The notes under the pieces: generated by a model
Databases searched by the model: none
What the model was told of the DNA's origin: nothing
What the model saw: only the letters and a program-made list of their open reading frames with translations
DNA from: Octopus vulgaris
Lineage: Eukaryota
Direction of reading: 5' to 3'
DNA length: 64,000 nt
NCBI GenBank assembly: GCA_951406725.2
Contig: OX597830.1
Location: 18,042,001 to 18,106,000, forward strand
Part shown: piece by piece, positions 1 to 11,250 of the stretch
How the letters are laid out: every line of letters starts with the position of its first letter
Numbering within the stretch: the stretch's first letter is position 1
Made by a program: the position numbers and the translations under genes

Positions 1-778
1 TGGGCTTACAAAAGAATAAGTCCCGGTGTCGAGTTGCTCGATTAAAGGTGGTGCTCCAGCATGGCCGCAGTCAAATGACTGAAACAAGTAAAAGAGAGAG
101 AAAGAGTAAGAGTAACCATATATTATGTAACCTTAAGGTTCTATACAGAGTCCAGTGTTCCTTCTCTTCAAGTACTTTTCTACCTGTCTCTTAAAGGTCA
201 ATTGTCATAATGAATTCACCAAGAGAAACAGAAAAATGTTGTATATTTTGACAGTCAATTTTTTGGATCCAACTACTTTATTATATATATATATATATAT
301 ATATATAATAATGGTCCTGCGAGGGTCAAAAGTAGCAATGTAGGTTGGATTCCAGACTAATATCAAAATTCCTCAAGTGTAGAGAATCCAGCTTTCACAA
401 TGGGAAAACCATTTTGTGAGTTTAGTGAAGAGTAAAATATAATCCAAATAAGAAGACAAAGAAAGACTAACACATTATTGATGATGTGGATTATAGCATT
501 TGTTCATTTTATGTCTGTTGTTGCTCCATGATAGCATGGATTAGATGGAAACTTTATAATTATAATTGAAATTGTATTTTACAGCTGGATGCCCTTCCAG
601 TTGCAAACTGGTTTCTGATTCTTAAGTAAAGGTGAAAAAAGGGAAGGTAATTAACAGGTATATAAAGAGGGAGTCAGGTGTGCAAAAAGGTAGCAGCAAA
701 TACAGGCTTGACAGGATACAAATATAACATATACATACAACACATACACAAATACACTTATATATATGTATATGTATA

Positions 779-953
779 TATATAATACATGTGTATAAAT
801 TAGAGAACCACCATGAAGCAATTCGACAATGATATACTTAAATCATACCATATAAAAAAATTAAAGATACGATAAATATGGTATGATTTAAGTATATCAT
901 TGTTGAATTGCTTCTTGGTGGTTCTTCTCTAATTTATATACATGTATTATATA
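779..953. repeat. Fold-back palindrome with ~75-bp arms
   Basis: ataaattagagaaccacc...aatcataccatat pairs with atatggtatgattt...ggtggttcttctctaatttat. Confidence 0.9.
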
Positions 954-1023
954 TTGTGAAATTTGATTTAGTATTACTAAACTGAATTTTTCCCTGTAAG
1001 TTTGGAATCATATTCCCTAATAT

Positions 1024-1026
<3 letters not shown>

Positions 1027-1113
<87 letters not shown>
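1027..1113. repeat. (TA)n(GA)n compound microsatellite
   Basis: Read directly. Confidence 0.95.
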
Positions 1114-1118
<5 letters not shown>

Positions 1119-1446
1119 CAGATACAAATAACAAAAAAAAGCAGCCATGTGACCCAAGCAAGATTGATCAAGCATCATACTGAGCACCAGTAACCACTCA
1201 AGTCATACCTGTGCCTACTCAAGCCATGCTCACACACCTAAACCACATTGAAATTTCACTCCTACTCATGATAAAGTGAATTAGCTTAAAGCAAGAGTTG
1301 AAGACAATTCATGGAGTATATTTATAAGGTACATGTGAAACCTTCAAGACATCAAGTTCCACATGGGATGTCAACATGCTTGATTATTCTTAATTCAAAT
1401 ACCAAAATAATGCTTATAACAATGTGTAACAGTCAGTCATACTTAC

Positions 1447-1556
1447 AGAGCCAGCAGTGGCTCCTGATATTAAAGTTTCGTGAAATTCAATATCGGTGGA
1501 CATTTTTTTCATCAGAATTCTTGCCTTGATTGCTTCATAACCAAACCAGTATATAC
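1447..1556 (-). CDS. SLC25A40: SLC25A39/40 coding exon 6 (GIYWFGYEAIK...ISGATAGS); gene continues left of the window
   Basis: YWxxYE follows RDVPFS in this family. tttcag acceptor, gtaagt donor, 110 nt, phase 1 to 0. The third carrier signature exon was not found in 1-1446. Confidence 0.92.
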
Positions 1557-1879
1557 CTGAAACGATGAGACAAGATATTGACTTTAACATCAATGAAACC
1601 TATATGAAACGATTTATAATCAATCTCTTTTCTTGGACTTGTTTCAGTCTTTAGACTGTGGCCATGCTGGGGCACTACCTTTCTTAACCACACAGCCAAA
1701 CCAATTTTTTTTTTTTACATCAAACACACTCTTCACTCTTAAACAATCTGAAGCAACTGACTAATAAATATTTAATTATCTACATACAGATAATTTAGCC
1801 ACCACAGAGTAAAAAAGTGATAAGAAGAGAATCTGTGAGTTCAATGAGAAATTTAAAAACAAAAGAAAACCAAACTGAC

Positions 1880-2053
1880 CTGAAAATGGAACATCTCTGA
1901 ATAGTGTGGGCCCTAATCCTCGCCATAAGGAAGCAAGACCGCTTTGAGAAACTTCATTTTTGATAAACCCTCCAATCATGGAATAACTGAAATTCGAAGA
2001 CTGGAGTTGGGTTCGTACTAGTTCCAAGGGACTTATCACAGTTGCAGCCCAAA
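1880..2053 (-). CDS. SLC25A40: SLC25A39/40 coding exon 5 (VWAATVISPLELVRTQLQ...LWRGLGPTLFRDVPFS)
   Basis: Second carrier repeat and RDVPFS motif. tctcag acceptor, gtcagt donor, 174 nt, phase 1 to 1. Confidence 0.95.
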
Positions 2054-2244
2054 CTGAGAAAGAAAAGAACGACAAAACCATTAGTATAATTATGGTGGAG
2101 GGAGTAGTGGTGGAGTTGGTAACGGTGTTGGGTTATAGTTTCAGTAGTATCAAGTGGTGTTAGTAATGTTGGTAGTGATATGGGGGGAGGAGGAGGAGGA
2201 AAAGGTGAAGAAGAAGAAGTTAATAAGGTTTTCATTTTGCTTAC

Positions 2245-2372
2245 CTCTGGCAACCATTCCAGCAACCATAGGTTTCCAGAGATCATTATGGTCCCAGGGT
2301 TTGTGTTTTAATAATGACTTTAGCTGTTCATAAGATGTGAAGTATATAACTGTAGCAGGTACAGCCATCACT
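2245..2372 (-). CDS. SLC25A40: SLC25A39/40 coding exon 4 (VMAVPATVIYFTSYEQLK...AGMVAR)
   Basis: VPATVIYFTxY is typical of the family. ttccag acceptor, gtaagc donor, 128 nt, phase 2 to 1. Confidence 0.95.
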
Positions 2373-2795
2373 CTGGAAACACGAATAAGAGGAACAACAT
2401 CAATAGTGAACTTTAAAAGATGAGGGAACAGGGTATTGAACAAATGACTAAGTGTGAGAGTGAAAGGGTGAGTGAGATAGAGTAAAAGAATGAAAGTGAG
2501 AATGAGAGTGAGAAGTGAATGAATGAAGCTATAAAAGATTGAAAGATTGTGAGAGAAAATAGGTGAGTGTGAATGAGTGACTGAGTACGAGTGTGAGTAT
2601 GAGTATGATTAAGAGTAAGTTAGCATAAATAAGTTGAAAAAGTGAGTGGAATTATGAGGTAGATGAGGTTACTTGAAATATAGCGTACCTGTTATGTTGT
2701 GCGGTAATAAATCATAAAGCGAGAAGAGTAGAGTGAAATGGTTTACATGAATGAAGAGTGATTTGGTACAGCAGGACAGAAGAGCCACAGAGAAG

Positions 2796-3200
2796 GCAGG
2801 GGGCTCGCAGTGTAGGCAGAGGGGCTCACAGCAAAGGCAGGGGCCTCGCAGTGAAAGCAGGGGCCTCGCAGTGAAAGCAGGGGCCTCGCAGCAAAAGCAG
2901 GGGCCTCGCAGCGAAAGCAGGGGCCTCGCAGCAAAAGCAGGGGCCTCGCAGCAAAAGCAGGGGGTCTCGCAGCAAAAGCAGGGGGTCTCGCAGCGAAGGC
3001 AGGGACCTTGGAGCGAAGGCAGGGACCTCGCAGTGAAACAAGGGACCTCACAGCAAAGGCCAGGGCCTTGCAGCAAAGGTAGGGACCTTGCAGCAAAAGC
3101 AGGGGCCTCACAGCAAAGGCAGGGGCCTCGCAGCAAAAGCAGGGGCCTCGCAGCAAAAGCAGGAGCCTTGTAGAGAAGGCAAGGACTCACAGTGAAGGTA
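2796..3200. repeat. GC-rich minisatellite, ~20-bp unit GCAGGGGCCTCGCAGCAAAA, about 20 copies
   Basis: Tandem units visible. It explains the repetitive ORFs at 2669-3190. Confidence 0.95.
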
Positions 3201-3206
3201 GGAGAA

Positions 3207-6200
3207 TTGTTAGTTAGTTAGTTAGTTAGTTAATTTGGCTCAAAAGCAAATAGCAAAGGCCATGTAGGGGGACATGGAGTTAAGTACAGGGTGGTGTTCA
3301 TGTAAAGAGTTCAGGCCACTTGAGGTCAAGGGAGGCTTTGAACAAAGTGGTCGTTGGCATCTTCACCATCTCGTCTGGCAGCTTGTTCCACGGATCCGCA
3401 ACCCGGACGGAGAAAGCTCCTCTCCTTCGATTGAGATGAAATCATCGCAGGTAGAGCTTTTCGGAATGACCCCGCAGCCGACGCTCTGGAGCAGGAGTGA
3501 AGAACAGCTCCTTCGAGAGGTTACACTTTCCACTTATGATGTTGTGGGCGAGAATGAGATCACCACGGCGGCGGCGTTTTTCAAGAGAATAAAGGTCGAG
3601 CGTCCTCAGCCTTTCTTCATAGGACAAATTTTTGAGACCATGAACCATGCGGGTAGCCACCTTCTGGACTCTTTCGAGATGCTGTATGTCTTTGAGGAGA
3701 TAAGGAGAAGAGGCTTGAATCCCGTACTCCAATATGGGTCTCACCAGCGTGACATAGAGTGGTAGGAATATGGCTGCTGTGAGCATTCCGAATGACCGTC
3801 AAATCAAGAACAGAATTCCGCATGCTTTGTTGACAGCATGGACGCACAGGGCCGAAGGCGAAAAGGAGGAATCCACCAAGATACCCAGGTCCTTTACTTG
3901 ATCGGTCCTCTCCAGCAGCAGACAACCCGGCTCGAAATCAAGTTGAGTTGCAGGAGGAGAGCCAACAGGCAGATGACAGCACTTTGACACGTTCAGACAC
4001 AGGTCCCATTCGTTAGACCACTTCCAAATTTGGTGGAGGCATCGACGAAGATCCTCTATATCACCGCGAGGAGCGACCAGTTTGATATCGTCGGCAAATA
4101 GAAGGGTGTGTTGCGTGAGGTCGTCGGGCAAGTCATTTATGAAAACTAAGAACAATAAGGGCCCAAGCACTGAACATTGAGGCACGCCACTGCTCGCACT
4201 GGAGACGTCGGACCGCGAACCATTAACTTGGACTTGGAAGGAGCGATCTGAGAGGAAGGTACCAACCCATCGTACAATATCCGGATGGAAACTATATGCT
4301 TGAAGCTTGACAAGTAATAGGCGGTGGTTTACCGAGTCAAAAGCTTTGGCAAAGTCCAATAAAACGATGTCAACAGCATCACTATCATCGAGGATGCGCG
4401 TCACCAATTCTTCCATTACCAGTAAGTTGGTCAAGCATGATCTCTTCGGCACGAAGCCGTGTTGGGAATCAGAGATAGAGGCTGTGTTTTGGAGGTGGAG
4501 CATCATACTTTTCTTAAGGATGGTTTCGAACATCTTGCTGATTATTGATGTAAGAGAAACCGGTCGGTAGTTAAGCGGGTCTTCGCGGCTCCCTTTCTTG
4601 AAAATTGGGCAGATTATCGCTGTTCTCCAGTCCGCAGGTATAACACCCGTCGCCAATGACATATTGAATAGACGTGTTAAGGGCTCGCAGATGACAGGAG
4701 CCAACGTTTTGATAACCCGTGGGTGAATGCCGTCAGGGCCATGACCCTTGTTGACATCGAGGCCTTGAATAACACGTTTGACTTCGTCCCACGTGATGAC
4801 CAATCTAGGCATTGGAGGTACCGATCTATCAAATGGAGGGGAGTTCACGACCATCATCTTGTTTGAAAATAGTTGAAAAAGCCTCGGCAAATAATTGACT
4901 CTGTTGATAAGGGTCCTCAATCGATATGCCTGTTGAGTCTACCAACGTTACAATCTGGTTGTTCAAGCGGGAATTCCGTTGGACATGGGCAAAGAAGGTT
5001 TTTGGATTGCTAGTGGCATTTTCCGCGATTTTGTATTCATAACTGAAGCGTTCTTCCTTTTTAATTTTCACGGCTCGGTCTTGTTGAATTTTGTACACCT
5101 CAAAAGCTGCAGTCGAATCCAGATTTTTGAATTCAGCCCAAGCAATATCTCTGAGTCAACGTTCTCATTTAACCTTCTTCGTCACCCAGGGCTTGTGTTT
5201 CTTCTTCTTGGGAAGCCCAACGGGAACTGCCTGGTCAGTCAACCAGATTACATATGCTTTGAGGGATGACCATAGTTCGTCAACTGAGGACAACGTCATC
5301 AGGGATTGCCAGTCCAGAAGCGCGGAAGCCTCGGTTAGAATTTCAAGATTAATTGCAGAGAAGACTCTACGTGGCAGCGAAGTAGTCGTGGGCGTAGAAA
5401 AAGTTGTGTGCATGACGAACTTCAGGACCGCATGGTCACTCTTGGCAAGAGAGGCGCACACAGATACGTCTGACACTGATCTTGGATAGCGGGAGAATAC
5501 CAGATCCAGCATAGATGGCTGCTGCCCAGACCGATGCCTTGTCGGATATTCAACATGTTGCGATAGAAAACAATCTTCAGCCACGTCAAGAAGGGCCTGG
5601 CCGAACCGGGAAGATGTTGTACAAATTGATGCAGGCCAATCGATCGTGGGAGCGTTGAAGTCTCCTAGTACCAAACAGTCATGCGAAGCTGAAACGAATC
5701 TTATCGCTTTGAGTAAATGAGCATCGTCCTGGGGGTCGGCAAGAGGCGGCCTGTAGACAGCTAACACGGGCAGGCAAAACCCGGATAGGCTCAGCTTGCA
5801 ATAGACGGCATCAAATTTTGTTGTAGGTTGAGCATTAGTGGGTAGAATACCGCTGGACGGTTTGTGCTCAGATTTGACATACACAGCAACACCTCCACCT
5901 CGCCTTTTTTCTCTGTTACATCTGAAAAGGACGTAGCCCTGTAGGTGGATTTCTGAGTCCTTTACTGCTGGAGTCAGCCAAGTCTCGGTGATAGCTATCA
6001 CATCAGGGGAGTCACGTATGGCCAGTGTAAATAGTTCGCTGAACTTTGGGAATAAGGAGCACGAGTTGGTATAGACGATGCTGAGCTGTGAAGTTTGAGG
6101 GGCGGGAGTTGGGGAACAAGCAGAATAAGGGGTATCAGAGATAGCATCGTTGACGGGGGTATCAACTTCACTTCGATTTCCCCTCACTTCACTTTCCCTG

Positions 6201-6560
6201 TCAGCACTACAGCATGCGACCAGAGGTAGGACTTGATTATTTGTCCATCTTGGATGTGTAAACCCTTCTCTCCCATCTGTTTCCTCATCTTTAGTTCGGA
6301 TATTAGGTTTCTCCGGCGAATTCTCTCTCTCAGTGAGTATTCCTCGCGAAAACCCATATTGGGGTCCTCCCAGGCATGCGTCTGAGCTCTGTTCAGAAAG
6401 GCTGAAGCCTCCCAATCGGAAGAAAAGATTACCCTTATTGGGCGTGGTCTAGTATCTGAGGTTGGGTTCGCTTGGAATCTTCCTAGCCGAGCGACCTTAT
6501 GGATACTGACATTTTCGTTCACAGAGAACAATTCTCCAACTAAAATGGAAACAAAATTTA
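3207..6560 (-). mobile_element. CR1/L2-group LINE: ORF1 C-terminus plus disrupted APE endonuclease/RT ORF2
   Basis: ORF1-like RLGR...RPRPIRV; EN motifs ITETWL, GDFN, SDH; RT motifs NYRPVSLTS, LDFAKAFDSV, FADD. ORF2 is split into four pieces. (AACT)n 3' tail at 3208-3232. Confidence 0.93.
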
Positions 6561-6938
6561 ATGTCTTCTTTTAGGCGGAACAGATGATTTTTGCCAACCA
6601 GCTTAGTAATCTTCTTTTGGTTGTGATCTCAGATGTTTATGTCTGTATCAGAAACACAAGCAGTCCAGATTAAATACTTGACAAAGACATGCTACTGAAA
6701 GACATCAATGTCAAAAGAAACTCCAAACCCACGGCATGAACATGTAATAACTGGCCACTGTAAATTCTTTAGTAACAGATGCAAGCTGAAATTCATTAGA
6801 AATCACAAGGGAAAGCAGATCTCGGTCTTAGATGTGAATTAACAGCAGGGAAGAGAAGTAAAGAATCAAGAATTATGGGTGTGAGATAGATGAAGAAAGA
6901 GAAATGCTGATGATGTAATAAACAAAAACAATACTTAC

Positions 6939-7006
6939 AGAGTCGGGGGAAGACCACTCCATAGGGAACGGAGTCCTTCTGTACGTGTTATTTTGATGAA
7001 GGCATC
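6939..7006 (-). CDS. SLC25A40: SLC25A39/40 coding exon 3 (DAFIKITRTEGLRSLWSGLPPTL)
   Basis: EGxxxLWxG carrier motif. ttctag acceptor, gtaagt donor, 68 nt, phase 0 to 2. Not in the ORF track; translated by hand. Confidence 0.95.
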
Positions 7007-7481
7007 CTAGAAGAAAATTTACAAATAATTTCTAAGCAATCTGGTATTAAGTTACATGGCTTCATATTTCTGATATGAAATGAAAAAATACCACAGACAG
7101 GAACAAATGTAACGTAATCAAAATAAGAATTAATTTTTTTTTTTTTTTTTGTCTTGCAAGGTACTTGGTGACCCTGTCAATGCAGATGCCACTTAAAAGC
7201 ACTCGGTCCACACTGTAAAGTGGTTGGTGCTTGGAAGGGCATCCAGCTGTAAAAGCCCTGCCAAAACATTCACAGAAGTTTGGTGCAGGCTTCTACCTGG
7301 CCAGCTCTTGTGAAACCATCCCACCCATTCTAGCATGGAAGGTAGACATTAAACGATGATGATGATGACTGATGAACCATTGATTTAAGATCAATATAAG
7401 ACTAAATGAGTCTGTATTACAGTATCTCTCAATGTATCCAAGAATTGTGGGTCCTTATGTTCTAAACAATTTCTTCCTTAA

Positions 7482-8567
7482 CACTTTCGTTACTATATTT
7501 CTGACCAAATTACACCCCTTATGTGTTTCAATTAATTTCTAACATAATCATAAATTTAGTCTGGTTTCATTAAACAGCTATAACTTTTTTATTTATCGAT
7601 ATATTAATCTGATTTTTAGAAGATAATTTAATGAAATATTCTCAACCAATTCTATACTATAATTTTTGTCACAAAGTGACTCTAATTGCAGGTAGATACA
7701 GGTAAATTCAACAAAATATAAAATTATTAAAATTTTGTTCAAACATCGCTATAGAAAATGGGTTATTAGCTAATATTCAATTGGGTATACAACAAAATTT
7801 TACGATAGATTTTGTTATTCTGGGTAACTTTCTGATACCCATAATAATATTTATGGCAAAATAGTCTTAATTTCATTTAAGGTTATGGGAAACCACAAAC
7901 TATCGTTTCTTTCGCTTTGTTTACATTTAGCGTAACAGTTCGTTTTCGCCATAATGAGTTCAAATGGGCTCATTCGAAAAAGTAAAAAGAAATAGTCTAA
8001 GGCTTTACTCTTCTGGGAAAGTCTGTGGCTTGGTCCAGTTTCTTCAGAAAATTCACCGAAAGAAACAGTTTTTAAATTTTCACTCCATTCAGGTGCCAAT
8101 TCATTTTCTTTATCGCTGTTGGAGCTCTCGGATTCACTGTTTTCACTTTCGGAAAATGAAACATCAGATTCATTATCAAATACCACATGCTTTTTTTTTT
8201 CAGTCATAGAGTTAGATTTATGAAGGTCTTCAGTAGAAAATCCTTCGAATTCTGACTCGCTGCTTGATATAATGAAATTTGTATCCATTTTTTGTCAGAA
8301 TTATAAATTTTGAAAACACAATAGGAACAAATTTCGGAAAAAAATCTCCCAAAATTCACGGAATTAAAATTACACTTCGATTGTTGTACAAAACTGTAGT
8401 TGAACTGTTTACGAAATATAATACGTGTTTTCACGAATGTACTAAAGAGATTTGCTCTGATATTCTCATTTAAATATGAATAGGTAAATTCGGGCGGCTC
8501 TGGGCGGTTTGGTCACATTAACCAAAATTTTTTTCGGGCGGCTTTGGGCGGTTTGGTAACGAAAGGG
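7482..8567 (-). mobile_element. Internally deleted piggyBac transposon
   Basis: TTAA on both sides; TIRs cactttcgttac / gtaacgaaaggg. ORF 7851-8288 has an acidic N-terminus and a piggyBac-like YFFLLF...TNxYA segment. Confidence 0.85.
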
Positions 8568-8571
8568 TTAA

Positions 8572-8792
8572 CCCTTTAGCCTTTAAACCGGCCATATACG
8601 GCCAAAAGTATTCTGCCTGTTTTATGTTCAAACTGGCCAGATCTGGTCTCTCACACCAACCCTACAATATCGTTTTAAAAATTAACAGCTACCTCATCAA
8701 AATCTCATAGCTACAAGATAATGCATGATTAGTTCAAAACAATGTGGATACAAAAGGATTAATTTTGACAGAATAATGTGAACGCGAAAGGG
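8572..8792. mobile_element. piggyBac-type MITE (~220 bp)
   Basis: TTAA-cccttt...aaaggg-TTAA. Near-identical copy at 20577-20797. Confidence 0.88.
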
Positions 8793-8984
8793 TTAATCTT
8801 CCTTGGTCATCTTCTACAGTTAGTATCTTCTACCATCAATTTACAGCATTTTTTCTCTCAGCAAGTACAGGCATAAGCATGGCTGTGCAGTTAGGAATTT
8901 AGCTTTGAAACCACATAGTGCAAGGTTCAATTCTACTATGTGGCACGTTAGACAACTGTCTTCTACTGTAGCTCCAGATAGACC

Positions 8985-8985
<1 letters not shown>

Positions 8986-9051
<66 letters not shown>

Positions 9052-9083
9052 AGTGTGTGTGTGTGTGTGTGAGTGTGTGTGTG

Positions 9084-9127
<44 letters not shown>
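8986..9127. repeat. (GT)n microsatellite
   Basis: Read directly. Confidence 0.95.
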
Positions 9128-9131
<4 letters not shown>

Positions 9132-9182
9132 TAGACTGAAGCCAAAGCCATATGGTTGAATAGCAAACTTCTAAAATGTAGA

Positions 9183-9352
9183 GCTATCTGGAAGCCATCT
9201 GCTCGCGATACCAGAGGGCGCACACTCTCCTACCTTGATGTAATCTCCAGGGATACAGGCAACAGGACCTCCGAAATGCTATGATGGACCATGAAGTCTG
9301 GCGTAACATAGTAAATTCCATTGTCTCGACCACGGTCGAACAATGAATGAAA
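9183..9352 (+). mobile_element. RTE-like LINE 3' fragment
   Basis: Translates as LWKP...RGR..SYLDVISRDTG / DLRNAMMDHEVWR, followed by an AATGAATG tail. Confidence 0.55.
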
Positions 9353-9528
9353 TGTATAACAATATGACATATACAACAATAAAGTTTGATCATTTTCTTT
9401 ATGAACCGTAATACATGGCAAGGCCAGAACTGGTCCCATTCATGCCAGTACAGAAGAAAAAACCCCAGATATAATGATGATGATGATGATGATGAAACTG
9501 AAGATGGAAATGAGAAATCTTAACTTAC

Positions 9529-9704
9529 TATTGTTCCAGAAAAATGTCCTGGTTTGGAGAACCATGGCATTGGTTTACCATTGATTCCATTGGTACACGT
9601 ACACATGTGCTCCATGAGTCCGTTGCAGTATATGAACTGTTGCCCTCGGCTCAAGGGCTGCCTTTGACTCTGTAACCGAATTTTTACAACATCTAGTGGT
9701 GTCA
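9529..9704 (-). CDS. SLC25A40: SLC25A39/40 coding exon 2 ([11 protein letters not shown]...[12 protein letters not shown]...GHFSGTI)
   Basis: Carrier signature PxDxxKxR and the family's Cys-rich loop. ttccag acceptor, gtaagt donor, 176 nt, phase 1 to 0. Confidence 0.95.
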
Positions 9705-9935
9705 CTGGAAATAAATAGGGAAACGGTAAGACAAAAGTTTGATATGTCTGCAAGAAATACAGGGCGCAAGACAGAGAGCTAAAGATTCTGGGAACTTGGT
9801 ATCATGCCTATATGACACTCTCTCTCTCTCTCCCTTTCTCTCTTGTTGTTGTTGTTGATTAGCTCCTAGTCAGTCCTGATCCAACAGCCCTATGGTCAAA
9901 AATGTTACAGCCACAAAAATCAGGTTTGTTTTCAG

Positions 9936-10267
9936 CCCTTTAGCATTTAAACCAGCCACACCCAGCCAAAATATTCTACCTGTTCAAACTGGCCAGATCT
10001 GGTCCTTCACGCCTATCCTACAATATCATTCTAAAAATTAACAGTTACCTCATCAAAATCTGACAACTAACAGACAATACAGGATTAATTCAAAACAATG
10101 TGAATAAATATTGTGGCTGTGTGGTAAGTAGCTTGCTTACCAACCACATGGTTCCGGGTTCAGTCCCACTGCGTGGCACCTTGGACAAGTGTCTTCTACT
10201 ATAGCCTCGGGCCAACCAAAACCTTGTGAGTGGATTTGGTAGACCAAAACTGAAAGAAGCCTGTCGC

Positions 10268-10312
<45 letters not shown>

Positions 10313-10578
10313 TGTATGTATGTGTGTGTATATGTTTGTGTGTTTGTGTTTGTCCCCCCAACATCGCTTGACAACCGATGCTGATGTATTTACGTCCCTG
10401 TAACTTAGCGGTTCGGCAAAAGAGACCAATAGAATAAGTTAGGCTTAGAAAGAATAAGTCCTGGGGTCGATTTGCTCGACTAAAGGCAGGGCTCCAGCAT
10501 GGCCACAGTCAAATGACTGAAACAAGTAAAAGGGTAAATAAGCACCAGATTTAACGAAGTAATTTGAATGTTAAAGGG
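9936..10578. mobile_element. Older piggyBac MITE copy interrupted by a SINE
   Basis: Starts ccctttagcatttaaacc and ends aaagggttaa. SINE inserted at ~10112-10535. Confidence 0.75.
10112..10535 (+). mobile_element. tRNA-derived SINE family A
   Basis: A-box TGGCTGTGTGG, B-box GGTTCAGTCCC, internal (TA)n, tail gaaacaagtaaaag. Further partial copies at ~1-100, 11982-12262, 13415-13765(-), 14605-14685, 19510-19870, 42740-42817(-), 43135-43330(-), 46024-46290, 52140-52255, 55815-55950, 57107-57265. Confidence 0.9.
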
Positions 10579-11019
10579 TTAAACATAGTGTATGTAAAAC
10601 TATAATTAACCATGAGTCTATACTATATTTTCAGATGACAAGGTGAGGTTTGAGGGAGGCTTGAATGCTATTTCTAGAAGATCAAATGATCACATTGAGA
10701 CTCCCTCTGTTTGACAACTGCCAGTATGTCTCAGGAAAAAGCAAGTGTACTAATGCCTGCCAGTGGCTAGATAGCTACTTAAAACAGTTAGTAAAAGCAT
10801 GGAACATATTAATGAACCATACTCAATTCCAAGTGACAGACATAATGTGTATGTATATGTATGCATGAGCATCCTTCCGGGGTCAATAAATTAAGTACCA
10901 GTTATGCACTGGAGTCGATGTAATCAACTAATCCCCCTCCCCCACAATTTCAGGCCTTGTGCCTATAGTAGAAATGATAATTTAAAATAGTTTGAGTTGG
11001 CTCCATGCAATGAGGTTTC

Positions 11020-11250
11020 TTATTTCTTTACTGCCCACAAGGGGCTAAACATAGAGGGACAAACAAGGACAGACAAAGGCATTAAGTCGATTATATCGAC
11101 CCCAGTGTGTAACTGGTACTTAATTTATCAACCCCAAAAGGATGAAAGGCAAAGTCGACCTTGGCGGAATTTGAACTCAGAGCGTAACGGCAGACGAAAT
11201 ACAGCTAAGCATTTCACCCGACATGCAAATGTTTCTGCCAGCTCGCCGCC
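11020..11250 (-). mobile_element. SINE family B (ggcggcgagctggcagaaacgttagc head)
   Basis: B-box-like gagttcaaattcc and core gcctttcatcctttcggggtcgataaattaagtacc. Other copies at ~11815-11965, 22222-22430, 24680-24865, 27530-27730, 34810-35020, 46750-47090. Confidence 0.85.

Noticed and set aside
1321-1375. Minus-strand ELDVLKV as a candidate exon 7 (PFDVVKT)
   Set aside because: Lacks the Pro signature and a suitable acceptor; the true exon is probably outside the window.
2669-3190. Cys/Ala-rich repetitive ORFs on both strands
   Set aside because: They are translations of the 20-bp minisatellite, whose unit is not a multiple of 3.
2796-3200. CRISPR-like regular repeats
   Set aside because: No unique spacers, no cas genes, and a eukaryotic context.
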